Assembly (NCBI RefSeq): GCF_001194135.2
Contig: NC_068982.1
Span: 78,809,002-78,873,001, forward strand
Length of the DNA stretch: 64,000 nucleotides
Direction: 5' to 3'
From: Octopus bimaculoides
Lineage: Eukaryota
Part shown: positions 12,036-25,927 of the stretch, piece after piece
Numbering within the stretch: the stretch's first letter is position 1
How the letters are laid out: each line of letters opens with the position of its first letter
Notes under the pieces: model-generated
Told to the model about the DNA's origin: nothing
Database searches by the model: none
What the model saw: the letters and a program-made list of their open reading frames with translations, nothing else
Program-made: the position numbers and the translations under genes

Positions 12036-12753
12036 AACCTTTTATTGTGGTAGCCAAGGTTTATGTTGCCTGATTTCCATCCTGGCTAAGCACTATGTTT
12101 GACTGAAAGGATTAAAAAGAAATTTGTTTGATATTAAGTTATATAAGAAAGCAGAAATAAGTGAATCTTTGTTTCTGTTTTAATGTTTGTATGTTCTTAG
12201 TTTTGTTAATTCTTTTGATTAAATCTCCGATAGTTTTTATCTCTTAATTCCCTAACCTTTAATACCAACCTGCCAGAGATTGCCCTTGGTTCTTTGACAC
12301 AAACTTCTTGATTTAAACTGATCTAAATTAAAAACTTCCATCAAAATTCCTTATGTTCTAAACACCAGCTTGATAATGACAGTGTTATTTTTAATTTTTC
12401 ATTATTTTCAAAATTAATTGAAATAAAAGGCAGCATGCTTCAATAAAAATATGGTAACATGAGCATTAAAATTCTTCTCAGAATGAGGAACTGTGATTTT
12501 GACTATATTAGGAATGAAGGTTACCAAACCAAAATATGAATAATTTTTTAAATGTTATTTGGTCACCTCACAACACAAAACATATCTGTACTCCACAAAT
12601 ATCTAACTTTAAGATCAACACTTAACCAATAGAAAAACCAGAGTACTTTATGTAATTGAGTGCCAATAATATTACTATTTATCATTTCACCCACTTGGTT
12701 TGGTGTTTATTTCTTTGCCCATCACTATCTTGTGTTACTTCATGTAGGATGAT

Positions 12754-12986
12754 TCAACCCTTTTGATACCAACTTATCACAGATCACCCTTGATAATCTA
12801 ATGCAAGCTTACTATTTTAAAATGATCTTAATTATAACCTTCTATCAAAGTTCCAAGTTAATTTATTTTCCAGATTCTAGCGCAATAATGACAAAGTTAT
12901 TTTACTAAATTCTTAATTATTTTCGCAATTAATTAAAACAATGTTAGTATAGTGTTTCACTAAAAATATAGTAACAAAATGGTTAA
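12754..12986. mobile_element. TTAA-flanked (piggyBac-like) MITE, family A copy
   Basis: tcaa|cccttttgatacc ... gtaacaaaatgg|ttaa. The body is similar to the reverse complement of the 30745-30939 copy. Confidence 0.65.
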
Positions 12987-15624
12987 CTACTTATATTTCA
13001 AATGTTTGTCAAATATCCCTCTGATGTTTTAGTGCTCGACTGTTTACTGTAACTAGGTTATTGCATTTAGTTAAACAATTAGTTCACGATGGTAAGATTG
13101 TTTGTTGTGCTTGTAATTGGGCTCTTATTGACTTCAGGAGAGCTACTTTAACTCTAGCATTGATTTCTCTTTGTAGCAGTATCATAAACCTATCAAGTGA
13201 ATTCCTCAATTCACTGTTTGCAGGCTTGTACTTTAAACATAACTTTATTTACTACATTAACAACATAAGCAAGAAAATCATTGTTACCCAAAATTTCAAT
13301 TTTATTTAGGTTTCCCTTAAAGTTTCAGTAAAAACATTAAGACAAAAAAAAAAAAAAGAGAACTAAAGATTAAAAACAAGCCTACTTGTTCAAATCTTGC
13401 AAAAATAGCAATGTTAAATGAAAAATATTCTGTATAATTTGTTTACATAATAAAATTTAATGGAACAAGTTTTTCTATGTGTTTCTATATATAATATGAT
13501 GATAAATAAATATGAATATAAATCCAGCAAATACAGTATAAGTTGGTAGAAAAGGGAATTAAAGTATTAAAGAGAAGATTAAATTCATTTACCATAAAAA
13601 TATTTGGAACATTAGTTAACATGGTGGTGGTTGTTTTGAATCAATTCAAATGGAAAATTATTACTGATGTTGTAATCTATTTTAAATGGTCCTTATGGCT
13701 CTGATCAAAACTGCAGATTTTTCAATTATATATAATAGCATTGATCTTTAGATGACGCTTATAATTTGGTTCTGCCATGTCTAGCATGTTTTACCAAATT
13801 GTTAGTAAGATGTAAACATGTTTTGAAATGTTCAATTAGAAAATTTAATTTCCAAACCATTGTGGCAAATTGGCAGGGTTATATGAGTGTTGGATAGAAT
13901 GGTAGAGTACCTTATGGTATTTGTTCTAGTCCTCTGTGTTTGAGTTCCAATTCGACTAATATCAACTTAGGTTAAAAAAAAAAAAATACCAATCCAGTGC
14001 TCTGGATTGGTAGAACTGTTAGAGAATTGGGAAATATGTCTTGTTCTTTGTTTTGGCTTTTTGTATTCTGGCAGAAACACCTGCAATGACGCTGGTGCCA
14101 AGATGTATTGATTAAAATCAGCAGCCTTTCTCTTGGATAAACACTGGTGGCATGGATAGGAGAGACTTGTAGGTGACCAGTCTTCCTCAAAAAATTCAGC
14201 CAAGCTTGTACATGTATATGTAAGACACATAAACAGCTTGCCAAACCTAACATCAGAAATAGGGTATTTTTAGTTGAGTGTAATAATGAAGAGCTAGTAG
14301 TGCTTAGTTTGTTATTTCACTGGAGCACAAACCAATATAATTACTTTTCCTTTGTTCATATTTTACCAATGTGAATTTAGATTCCTCTTACTTGTTTATT
14401 ATTTAGTAGGCCTCACTTTTCTCTTATACTTATGGTCATCCACAATTACATTCACATTCTTCAAAAGAACCATTAATGGTATTAGATCTCACTATCCTGT
14501 GAAAGCCATGGTCACTAATCTTTCCTCAGCACTTTGCAAATAATAATAATAATAAAAGTCAGTTCTTTAGAATTCTGTCAGCATTAATACTTGTTTACTA
14601 ATTATTTTTGTTATGGCTGCATTCTCTTTCAGAGTTTCTAATTATTCCTTATACATTCTGGCATATTTGATTGTAAATATGCTGTTCACTGTCATGTTTG
14701 TCACAGGGGAACAAGTCATTAGTGCAAAGGATTCTGGGACACCAGCGTTTCAGTATATTGTGTCTTGTCAGCCAGAAGCAGCCTTGGATCAATGAATCTA
14801 ACAAGCTGATGGGAGTTGTTTATAATTTCAGTAAACAACTTGTTTGCTGATCCATACTGATGTCTGCCAACCAATAATAACACAAGTCACTGTTTAGAAT
14901 CTCGCTCTTCACTGTGCATATGAACAATTTATTTCTGCCTGTTTGTAGACATTGTAAAAACAGCTAACATTATTTTTGTTTTTGACCCCTTCATCTTTAG
15001 TCTTGAAATTTTCTGTTAAAGTTTATTGTATAAACAATCTATGTTAAACATTTGTAACAATATGTTCATTATATTTCTCACTGTTTCACTCCATTTTCTT
15101 GTGAATTGTGTGTAGTTCTTGATCTGTTCTTGTCAGTAGATATTTGCGAAATGAAATATTGATAGACCATTAGTTAACCTAAAATTATTGTTTGTAATTT
15201 ATTATTTCATGACGTTAAAGATTATCTCTTGTTAGAATCCAAAATACGTTTAATCGTATTTAATTATTTTTCACCCTTATTTGCCTTAATGAGAAGTTCT
15301 CTGTCAACTAGTAAATTTTATCTCTGATAAAATAGTAGCCCTGCCACATTTTCCTTCCTATTTTAACCCTTTAATCAAATATCTCGATTGGTTTATTTTT
15401 TATCTTCTTTCTTTGTTTTTATTTTTATTTATTCTGTTTTTTTATTTTTCTCCAATAATCAATAAATTATTGAAATGAAATCTATCTGGTCATCAGTGTA
15501 ATCTATCAAGCAATCAGTTGGTAGAATTTTTCTTAATTTTTCCTGCATTTAATTAACAATTCCTCTGTCAAATATTTGCATGATAAAAAATTTTTTCCCT
15601 TTTTTCTGTGTTTTTCTTTTACAG

Positions 15625-15773
15625 AAGAGCTAGCAACATACCTACGTTATGTACGCCGTCTAGACTTTTTCGAAACTCCAGATTATGAATACTTGCGGAA
15701 ATTGTTCACAGATCTCATGAACAGAATGAACATTAAATGTGATTGGGAATTTGATTGGACTGGCCGACAGTTG
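15625..15773 (+). CDS. CSNK1G: CK1 gamma internal coding exon, end of kinase domain; 149 nt, phase 1/0
   Basis: Translation [50 protein letters not shown] matches the CK1 gamma [18 protein letters not shown] motif. Long polypyrimidine tract plus acag ending 15624; donor TTG|gtaagt at 15774. Splices in frame to the previous exon (CCA G|AA GAG = P-E-E). Confidence 0.96.
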
Positions 15774-17055
15774 GTAAGTTTTAAATACAGATATGCTGGT
15801 CAGCTAACATTCATTTGTATAATAGATTATATATAGGATGGAAAATACTTTGATTGTACATGATTGTTTTAGAATATTCATCTTGTTGCAATGACTCTCT
15901 AGTATCGTTACATTTCTATCTGAGCGAACAATATCTTGTTATGGTTACAGTGTATTTTTTAGAAATGTAAGTCTTATATCTCTCATGTGTTAGAAGTAGA
16001 GTTTGAATAGGTCAGTGAAAGATGGTCATTGAATGTGATGGGTTGTGTATTTTGTAAAATTTCTGGGATGCATTTAATTTGGGAGCAATCTATGGAATAT
16101 GTTTGAAAATAGAGGCACAAGTTATATTAATGTTGATACATGGTTAGTTAATAAAAATGTAGTCAGCACAGAAATTTGTTGGGTAATTTTGGTTAGTTCT
16201 TACCTTTTTTTCTCACTGAAGTATTTAATCCAGTATTTAATAGTGAGTTAATTTCAGTACTTTGCAAAAGAATAGCTTGAAGCAAGGTTAGGATATTATA
16301 TCAGGAATTGAAACAAGATCTTTCTTTTAGAAGGTAGTAGTAAGACAAGGTAATAAGAGCTAGAGTCTATCTACCCTTGCCTAAACATGAAATTATTTCT
16401 TCAGAATTAACTGGAGACAATTAATTAAATGAGATAACTAAAGAACATCTAAAGTGAATAGCTAATAATTCCATTTTGTTCATTTTGATATGAAGGAGGG
16501 TTTGGACTAAATGTATCAATCTGGGATTTCTGTGGCATATTGCCAACTTAGTGAAGAAACTATCAGCAGGAATTTGAGAAGAAGTAAACATTAAGTTTTT
16601 TGTGAATTTTGTTGACTCACCTTGTTAGCTATTTTTGAATGTGATCTATAACACAGAGCTGGTCAAAGGGTTGCTCAGTTGAACTTCTATGTAATAGATT
16701 CTGTCCTCATATTTAGCACAGAATAGATAGTCTTTACTAAGACAGTTAAAGAGCTATTGAGCAGTAGGATTGACTACTTTCAGTTAGACTGACTCAGAGA
16801 AGTCTATGTGTTGGTTTTTCATGATGTTAAGTATTGGTTTAGTATTCTATAAGTTATTTACTACAAATTGGTATTTTTCCTTTAAACATTTGCAAAAATA
16901 AGCAGAAACAAGAATAATAGTTCACCTGTGATAAAATAGCAAAATTAAGAAACTTGACATAAGTAGTCAAGGAATTTTTTAAAAAAAAACAGCAAAGCAA
17001 AATCTACACTTACAAAGGTAATATATTTGTGTCAATGTTGATTATTTTATCATTT

Positions 17056-17094
<39 letters not shown>

Positions 17095-17557
17095 TTGTGA
17101 GGGTTTCTCCCCCTCTCTAATAGTTCTTACATTTTATATGGGTATTGGGGACACAAAAATGTATGCTAGAGAGGGGCATAGATTATGATCTGCACAGCTT
17201 TTGTTATTCTTTGTAACTCCTATTTAAATATTAACTCTTAGATTTTAAATGTAATGTAATCTATAAACTTGTTTACTACAATCACAACTACATCAACAAT
17301 AATAATAAACTTTGGAATGTGAATAAGAAAAATAAACCAGACTGAACACATGCACAACCTACGTTCATAGTGGGGTAATGATGTAGTTGCTTGCATCAAG
17401 TTTGTATCCAGAGCTAAATTACTTTGATCTGATATTATGGGTATGTATATTAAAAATAGTGGTCGACGGAGGGGATGTTGAATTGTAGTAAAGGTTGTGG
17501 AAAATGTGCTAAAAAAAGGAAAGGAGAGATAGTAAAAAAGTTTGAGAAGCACTTCTC

Positions 17558-17738
17558 TAACCCTTTAACATTCACATTACTCTGTCAAATGTAATGCTTA
17601 TTTGTTCACATTGTTTTGAATTATGCATTATCTTGTTTATGTGATTATTCATTTTAGAATGACATTGTAGGGTAGGTGTTTTGAACATAAAATGGGAAGA
17701 ATATTTGGTCCTGATATGGCCAGTTTAAATGTTAAAGG
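17558..17738. mobile_element. TTAA/CCC-ended MITE, family B copy
   Basis: taaccctttaacattc...aatgttaaagg. Shares the internal tgtcaaat.taatgcttattt.ttcacattgttt block with the 10541 copy. Confidence 0.65.
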
Positions 17739-19533
17739 AATATACAAGAATACACCAAGTCTCAAACATATATTACTTTACATATTTTTGGAGGCTTAAA
17801 AATATGGCAGTCTTTAACTACTCTGATAAGGGGAGAGGAATACTAGCTGTAATATGTTCAGTCTGTTGTTGGATTTAATTAGAAATCTGAAAATTAATAT
17901 AGAATATTTTTGATTATATTTTACATCTCATACATTGACTAGATGTATTGCTTTAAAATATATGTATATATTTATGTTTATTATTTAGATTATTGATTTG
18001 AAATATATCTTTAATGTTGTTATACTTACTTATAAATTCATTAGCTTTGATAGAAGTAGTTTAAAAGAATTTGGAATGGTTTCAAGTATTTTGTCTGCTA
18101 GACTTGGCTTTAATAGTCCTTGTTTTGAAAGCTGTCATTTAATTGTAAAGATAGGATAAAACTGTTATTGATAAATAAAGGATATTTTTTATATTTCTTC
18201 TATTTCTCTCATTGTAAATACACTTGTTAATTCTAGTAAAAAAAAAAATTCACTGGCAGTAATTAGATGCTAGAATTTGCCATTTTACTGGTTAGACCTC
18301 CTATTGAAAACAACTAATTAAAGATTTTTCTAATTAAAACTTGTCATGTTATAGAATTGAATTGTGTATTTGTTTAGAGGCAATAAAGGGAATCACTAAT
18401 AGCAATATGTCGTTGAAAAGATTTGCTAAAAGGTTTGGGTTTTTTTTGGATCTTGTCATTTCTGTTCCTGACTAGTTGGTTAAATATGAATGCAATATAT
18501 ATATATATATATAATATAAACTATGTTGACATGATATCAGTTATGTGTATGCATGGTGGTTTCTCTTTTTTTACTTTTTTCATTTACTTTATCCTTTTAA
18601 TTTCAACTTTATTGTGCCAAATTGTCTTTGCATTACTTTTAACAATTTCTTCTCTTCGCATTATGGCACGTCATCATATTCACTTGTTATTGTTTTTCTA
18701 AGCTAGCATGGGTTATAAACAGCTTTCTCTACCATACTTCTCCATATTGCCTATTCCTTAGCTGTCTGTTAATTCTTTAAATTCACGATAACTATCCTAC
18801 TTTGTTCCAAAGTTTTTTTTTTTTATCTTTAATTCTCTGTTCTTGTGGTTTTCTTTATCATTGTTCACTCTATGTTCATACAGCTGTTTTTTTTAAATAT
18901 TATGACAGCCTATAATACTTAAAAATTCTCAAATGTATCTTCATCATTATATTCTCATCAATCTATCAACTCTTAACATTCTGAACTTGCAAACAATGGA
19001 CTGAACTTTCATTTCTTTTTTTGATATTACTGATCCTCTGTTTTTGCTGTTACATCCAGTTGTAATGTAACATACTGATTATAAAGAGGAAAAATAATTT
19101 CTTAAACACTTGGATGGCTGCTAAACATCACAATTTTTCAAATATTCAAGTATTCATTGTCATAGCTTTCATCAAAAGACTGGAAGCATAATTCCCTAAT
19201 TTGGCCTGTTAATGAGTTGTTGCATGAACAATAAACAATAAAATCACTGCATTTTATAGATTCTCTTGGCTGCTTCTATTATTAAAAAATTTGACTTCCA
19301 TCCACTTTGCATTGTTTGTATATTAAGGAATCTTTTCAGATGCTGTAGATTTGTGGTTACCATTGAGCAAGATTGGACATTCTTGAAATTACAAATTCAT
19401 ATTTCTGTTTTAAACTTTCAAATGACATCTTGGGAGAAATTCATTGATAGACTATTCAGATTTCTTCTTCAAGAAAGAGGAATAAAACTTTGATGTACAT
19501 AAAATTGCATTTACTTAGCGCGCGCGCACGCAC

Positions 19534-19580
<47 letters not shown>

Positions 19581-20357
19581 AACAACTTTCATTCAACCTT
19601 GATACACCAAAAACATACCCAGCTGTCAAGTGATTTTCATTTGAAAATATCTTATGAGAAGAATCTAGTTTCATTGTTGTTATGTCCCACTCCAACATAA
19701 TGTTGTTTTTACACTAATTAATTATCATATTATAGTTGTTAATTGTTTTAATTAGTTGCTTCATCTTTATTCCACTTTATTCTTTTCAGTGCACCTCTTT
19801 GCTTTTAAGGTTGTTGGAAATGGTGTTAAGGGCTCAAAGTTCGTCTGTACAAATCTTGCATATACTTGTTATTCTTTTGTTTTTCTTTTATTCTCCACCC
19901 TCTCTGGATAACGATTTATTTTTAGGGAAAGATTAACTTGATGAAAAGATGTTTTAGTTACTCCCTCTTTGGGGGGTTATACTGTGTGTGTCTCTCTCTC
20001 TCGCTCACACACACACACACACACAATCATACATAAAATTTTACGTAGTCATGTACAATTTTATGAAGTTGATGTTATACAAGGTTGATATTAAGATAGT
20101 TTGAAAAGAATTTTAACCTTTATTTTCAATAACAGAAAATAAATGAAGAGATTTATTCAAGGGGAGATTACTCCAATTATTTTATGAAACCAATCTGTAG
20201 TAGTTTAAACCATACTATTTTTTTTTATTTATATTGTTTTTTTCCATATTTTAAAAATCTTATCTTTTTTTTTTAAATTCTAAAATAGCAATTGGATAAT
20301 GTTGACAAACTAATAGCTTCAACGTTTATGTATTAACTAACTCCTCTCCGTTGCCAG

Positions 20358-20393
20358 GTAAACAGAACAAACGCCCGCCAAACAGATGTTAAG
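20358..20393 (+). CDS. CSNK1G: Candidate 36-nt cassette (micro)exon of CK1 gamma, VNRTNARQTDVK; phase 0/0
   Basis: CTAAC branch-point-like motif (20337-20341), ctcctctccgttgccag acceptor, 12 open codons, AAG|gtaatc donor. Frame-compatible with both flanking exons. No homology recognised for the peptide. Confidence 0.6.
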
Positions 20394-21053
20394 GTAATCT
20401 CTCTCTCTCTGTGCATTTATCTTTTAAAGCCAACCAGGTCTCTTCATTTAGAGTGACTCAGTAGATCAGCATCCTTCTTCACTTTCCTGTGCACATAGAT
20501 ACCAACAGAAGAATCACTACTTTCTCAGAATTGCAGCATCAACAATATTTCGTCTTGGTTATATTCTTCCACAGCACTTAGCAAAGGAGGGAAAGATTTC
20601 GCAAACTTAATAACATACCATATCTCTCTTTATTATTCTGCTGCTTATTACTATTACCTAGATGGAAATGTATCTAAAAAAAAAGAAATATAGAATTTCC
20701 TATTAAAGGCTGATGGCAAATCTAACATTTATTTTGGTATGGGTTATTAATGTATTAGATCTCCTTAAATGGTTTTGTTTTTCCATTCTTCTAATTGCTA
20801 TGCTTCCTAATAATCATGACCTTTCTATTAATGAATCTATTTTCTTGAGACAAACATCAATGGGATTTTACTCCTTAGTGAAACACACATACACACAGAC
20901 ACCATTCTCTGTCCTACTCAGTTCTCTTTCATTTAGTTTGCTTGACTATCAGTTTTTGATTCATGATGTGATAGACTATATCCAATAATTGTGTATCATC
21001 GGAGTGTCTGTATGTGTGTTGCTGAGCAAGCCATTAATATGTATATATATACA

Positions 21054-21106
<53 letters not shown>

Positions 21107-21835
21107 NNNNNNNNNNNNNNNNNNNNNNNNNNNNNNNNNNNNNNNNNNNNNNNNNNNNNNNNNNNNNNNNNNNNNNNNNNNNNNNNNNNNNNNNNNNNNN
21201 NNNNNNNNNNNNNNNNNNNNNNNNNNNNNNNNNNNNNNNNNNNNNNNNNNNNNNNNNNNNNNNNNNNNNNNNNNNNNNNNNNNNNNNNNNNNNNNNNNNN
21301 NNNNNNNNNNNNNNNNNNNNNNNNNNNNNNNNNNNNNNNNNNNNNNNNNNNNNNNNNNNNNNNNNNNNNNNNNNNNNNNNNNNNNNNNNNNNNNNNNNNN
21401 NNNNNNNNNNNNNNNNNNNNNNNNNNNNNNNNNNNNNNNNNNNNNNNNNNNNNNNNNNNNNNNNNNNNNNNNNNNNNNNNNNNNNNNNNNNNNNNNNNNN
21501 NNNNNNNNNNNNNNNNNNNNNNNNNNNNNNNNNNNNNNNNNNNNNNNNNNNNNNNNNNNNNNNNNNNNNNNNNNNNNNNNNNNNNNNNNNNNNNNNNNNN
21601 NNNNNNNGTTGCAAGTTTTTGAATTTTTGTTTCACAGAAGTTAGGGTTTCTAACCTGCTAATTAGCTGAATTCATGTTATCCATAGAATTCAATGATTTA
21701 AGTTTTGAGAAACAATAATTTAAATCAACTCCAGTGCTAGACTGGTACTAATATGGATGAAAGGCAAATCAACTTAAGCAGGACTTGAACATAAAAGTGT
21801 TATTAACTAAAGTATACTTTAAGGTATCTACTGCT

Positions 21836-21838
<3 letters not shown>

Positions 21839-21897
<59 letters not shown>

Positions 21898-21915
21898 CCA
21901 TCATCATCATCAATC
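21839..21915. repeat. (AAT)n microsatellite followed by (CAT)n
   Basis: Directly visible. Confidence 0.95.
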
Positions 21916-22481
21916 AATCAATAACTACAACAATAACCACAACTATCAAATTTCATAAGGAGAGCTATAGGGGAAAAAGGATAGGTAAAAGTTTTTATTC
22001 TCTCAGCAATTTAAACAATGAATTGGTTGTTTATCATGGCAATAACTTCTTTTTGTTTTAATTGTACAGTTGTCTCCCCTGTGTGTGTGTCTCTTACTTG
22101 ACACCTACTCTTACTTACCACCATCAACTTACTATCAATGCTTGCTCCATCTCCTATTACACATCTTCATGCTTTCCCATGCTGTTTTCTAGTCAATCTC
22201 CTATCAATAACTAACATGTCACTATCACTGTTTCTCTTCTATTTCCCCCTCACCTACTGTCCTATTTCTTTCTTTCCTTCTATCACACTCAAATTCTAAC
22301 CCCTTTCAGACTTCTTCATGTTTGTCTTGTCAGAAGGAAAACTGCTTAGAGAGGATTTTTTAGTGTTGATGGGAGCCACATAACCTCTCTCACTCTATTT
22401 CACTGTCATACTTTCTCTTCTCTCTTCCTCTTAGTCACCATTCTCTTCTCTATTCACCATCTTGATCAGAATTACTTCGGT

Positions 22482-22821
22482 CAGGAGTTGGCAAACTTGT
22501 AATATCATTGACCCCTTCATGGAATTGTTGATAGCTTATTTGACCCCATCCTGTGAATTTGATTAAAATGTATAATTAATAAAAAATCTATTGATCTAAG
22601 GACAACAATTACCTCATTCTTTTGTGTCATTATTGCTTTCTAATAAGAAATTTTCTTATAGAAATGTAATGAAAATACGTAACAGAAATTGATAAAGAAC
22701 ATTAGTTATATTTATAATGATTCAGTACCCTTAATGCTTAAAATCATTTAAAGTGTTTATCTATCCTTTTGATAGCCACAAAGACCCCATGGGTCAATAA
22801 TGACCACTTTGCCAACTCCTG
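22482..22821. mobile_element. hAT-like MITE, 340 bp
   Basis: Perfect 14-bp TIR caggagttggcaaa / tttgccaactcctg, with repeated subterminal gacccc motifs. No intact TSD recognised. Confidence 0.7.
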
Positions 22822-24789
22822 GCCTTGACATAAGGTAGGCAACATAAAGTAGAGGTAGGAAATCTTTATTTTTGAAAGGGACAAGGTAACACCTCTTCCC
22901 ACTTACATTTTTCTCTCTGTCTCTCTAGTATTGGTACTAAGATACAGTTGATAGTTAGCAAACAAACAAACAAAGAAAACACAGGGTATAGGGGACTGTT
23001 CAGTTGTGTTGAAGAAAAGATAACCTCTGTAACAGTGTTGTCATGAGATAATATATAGGAAAGGCATCTAGCTATAGAAATCATGCTGGAAGTGGAACTT
23101 TTGAGCAACATGTGGGTTTTGGACTGTGGCAACTTGTCCATCCCCAGCTTGTATGGAAGTGGTTTAAAAATAATGAGTTGTATTTCAAGTACTATATTTC
23201 ATGTGTGTATGTGTGTGTGTGTGTGTGTGTATTCACACACACATAAAATGGTTCTTGCATTTAAATCTCTTTCAAATCTTTTTTTTTTTTTTTTAAATAT
23301 GGGCTGCTTCATGCCTTCAGATACTAATTATGTACATATAATTAACCAACAATATCAATCTGATTGCTTTCTAAAATATTGTTGTATAATTGCAATTTGA
23401 AGATATATTGTTCTTAATGAAGTCCTTTAATCAAATTGAACCCAAATGATTCCCTTTTAAACTAAAAATATTGTTTTGCATATCAAATGTTCACATACTG
23501 CCTTTATGAAAGTTGTTAATTATCCATGAAGAAGTATTCTGTACACCCACCCCATCCCTATTTGTTAAATAGTCTGTTTCATCACTAATAATTCCAGTTT
23601 CAAAAATTCCACTAGTTGAGTTCTTTTTTTTTTTGTTTTTTTTTTTGTTTCCACACCACTGTCCAACTGTAGCTTTTAAATTCTTCCTTCTCTGCTGTGT
23701 AATATAAAAACAACAACAATGCAGAACATTTTAAATCTTGTTATTTCATAAAATAACAATAAAGGGACTAAGTAAAATTCAAAGAATATCATTATAAGTC
23801 CTTATTTTTATTCAGTCTGAGACAGATTTTAGAATAAGAGTATTTTTTTTTTATTATTAACTACCTAAGGCATGGGCTTAAGTATGACTAGTGTCATTTT
23901 GTGATATGAAGATGTCTACTTGCATGGGGTTCTGTTGCTGATATAAATTGTTGTGGAGTTGACTTCTGTGAAATATAAATGTTTACTATTTGTATAAACT
24001 ACTCCTAGTAAGAGGTGCAATGGCCAAGTGATGAATATAGTAGAATTAGGCTCACAGCTTGTTAGTTTGTATCCTACAGGTAGTGCACTCTGTCCATGGC
24101 AAGACACCTAACTCTTATGGCTTTATGAAAAGGGTTAATGATTTTCATTTTTTCTGTTATTGTTATCATTCATGATTGTTACAATTTTTGTCATTATTTT
24201 TGTTGTTGATATCACAACATTTATCACAAGTTTGTATTATATTTTGACACTACTTTGATTGTTAACTCAATACTGTTTGTTTTTGAATTGATAGTTGATT
24301 TATTATTTTTATATGAAGGATACCATATTGCATGTTCTTTATATTTAGTCTTTTTATGTTATAATAAATTGTTGTGTTCAGTTAGAGAGTAAAATGTCAA
24401 AAGAAGTTTATCTACCTCTAGTGTTCTGTTTCTTTACACCACAATAGTTCTTTGTTTTAAATTGAACCTTTCTAGTGAAAGGTAAGTTTAACAGTTAACA
24501 CCAATGATAAAGAACCCACCCTGCTCAGTTGAGGGGATCTTGGAGTTACTTAGTGATCTCACTAGTGTTGGTGCCATGAATAAAGCACTCAGTAACTCTG
24601 TAAAGTAGTTGGTGTCAGGAGGGGCATCCAGCCATAGAAACCATACCAAAGTAGACATTTGAGCTTAATGCAGTCCTGTGGCTCATTGGCTACAGTCAAA
24701 TTGTCCTGTATGGAAAATGGATATAAAATGATAGTTGATGGTAATAAGGAACTTGCCTAAGTAGTGTTCTGTGATATTGGTGAAAAATA

Positions 24790-25440
24790 GTTTTGCAAAT
24801 CATGAAATACCTTCTGAATTTCAGTGCTTAGCTCCAGTTGTTATGCTGTTGAATGGATTCACATAAATTTCTCTACCTATTTCTGACAGGCAATTTGAGG
24901 TGCATTGCATTAAGTCTGGTATCTTAACTGTTCACTGAAGAATCTACTGTGGAATTTCCAAGTCTGTGTGTTGGTAGTTTAATACCATATTACCAAGCCA
25001 ACTTGCATCTTCCATTCAACATTTATCTGTAACTATTTGTAATAAACTAGATGTGACTCAAAAGAACCTGGACATTATTATCAATACTGTGTGACATTAC
25101 TGAAGAGTGATACTGTCTGGAAGGTGCCAAAATATTTGTAAATCTCCAGTCAACAATTGATGAAGAGAATATCCAAATTCTTTATAAAAAATACAGAGAC
25201 TTCATTTCTGCAGAGTAGAAATTTCAGAGCTAGATTTTCAGTTCTTTGTTAATTCCCGTGGTTGTCCTCACACTGTAGTGCAATGCATTTATCTAAGGTT
25301 AATGTTAATCTAAGATTAATGAAGCTAATCCATGTCAGCTTATCAGCCATGATTTTCACCTGATTTTCAAAGAGTTTTTGAGAAAAGCTCAAATGTTGTT
25401 TAGAATATAACTGTAATGAAACTATTTTGAACAGCAATAT
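24790..25440 (-). mobile_element. Heavily decayed CR1-like LINE RT/thumb fragment
   Basis: ORF 25249-25437 contains ADKLTW...LTLDKCIALQCEDNHGN, resembling W...FNxDKCxVLHxG. Downstream broken frames give IKNLDILF and LEIPQ*ILQ*TVKIPDL, resembling LERVQRRFTKRIPGL. Confidence 0.4.
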
Positions 25441-25927
25441 AGTTAGGTGGTTAATTTATTTAGAATATAAACGCATACAATGACATTTAAATATAAAGAA
25501 GTATGTATATGTGTGTGTGTGTGTACATGCATGTGTGGCAGTAACACTGTTTTCAGTGATAAATCATCAGTTTAAATTTTTTTTATTTTGTAATTTTTGT
25601 CTGCACATTTTTTAGCTTTTTTTCTTTCCTCATTTCTATTTTCTCTACAAGTTCTATGTTTGAAGTTTGTTAAATTTGTTCACTAATTAATGTTCTTCGT
25701 TACCAAACTTAAGTTTTTTGTTGGATTAATACACAATAGTTCTGCAAAGAAATGTTGGTGGATTCCTTTTATTGCCAGTTAAAATATTATTTGTTATATA
25801 TGTCAATCTATATATACCAGTTGACTTTCCTTCATTCAAAGTGTTTTTCTCTGGCCCTTTATCTGAAATATTGATCACTGTTGTTTCCTTTGAAACTAAT
25901 GATATCTGCATTCTGTTAATTTTTTAG

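Noticed and set aside
11382-12102. Long ORFs of 223 and 172 aa, S/L/V/H/C-rich
   Set aside because: They are the stop-poor product of the TTCATCAGTCT minisatellite, open in several frames, with no splice or homology support.
22070-22450. Pyrimidine-rich block as a triplex or regulatory element
   Set aside because: Low-complexity C/T-skewed sequence without a mirror repeat or defined unit; similar tracts occur elsewhere (e.g. 53020-53110, 55780-55900).
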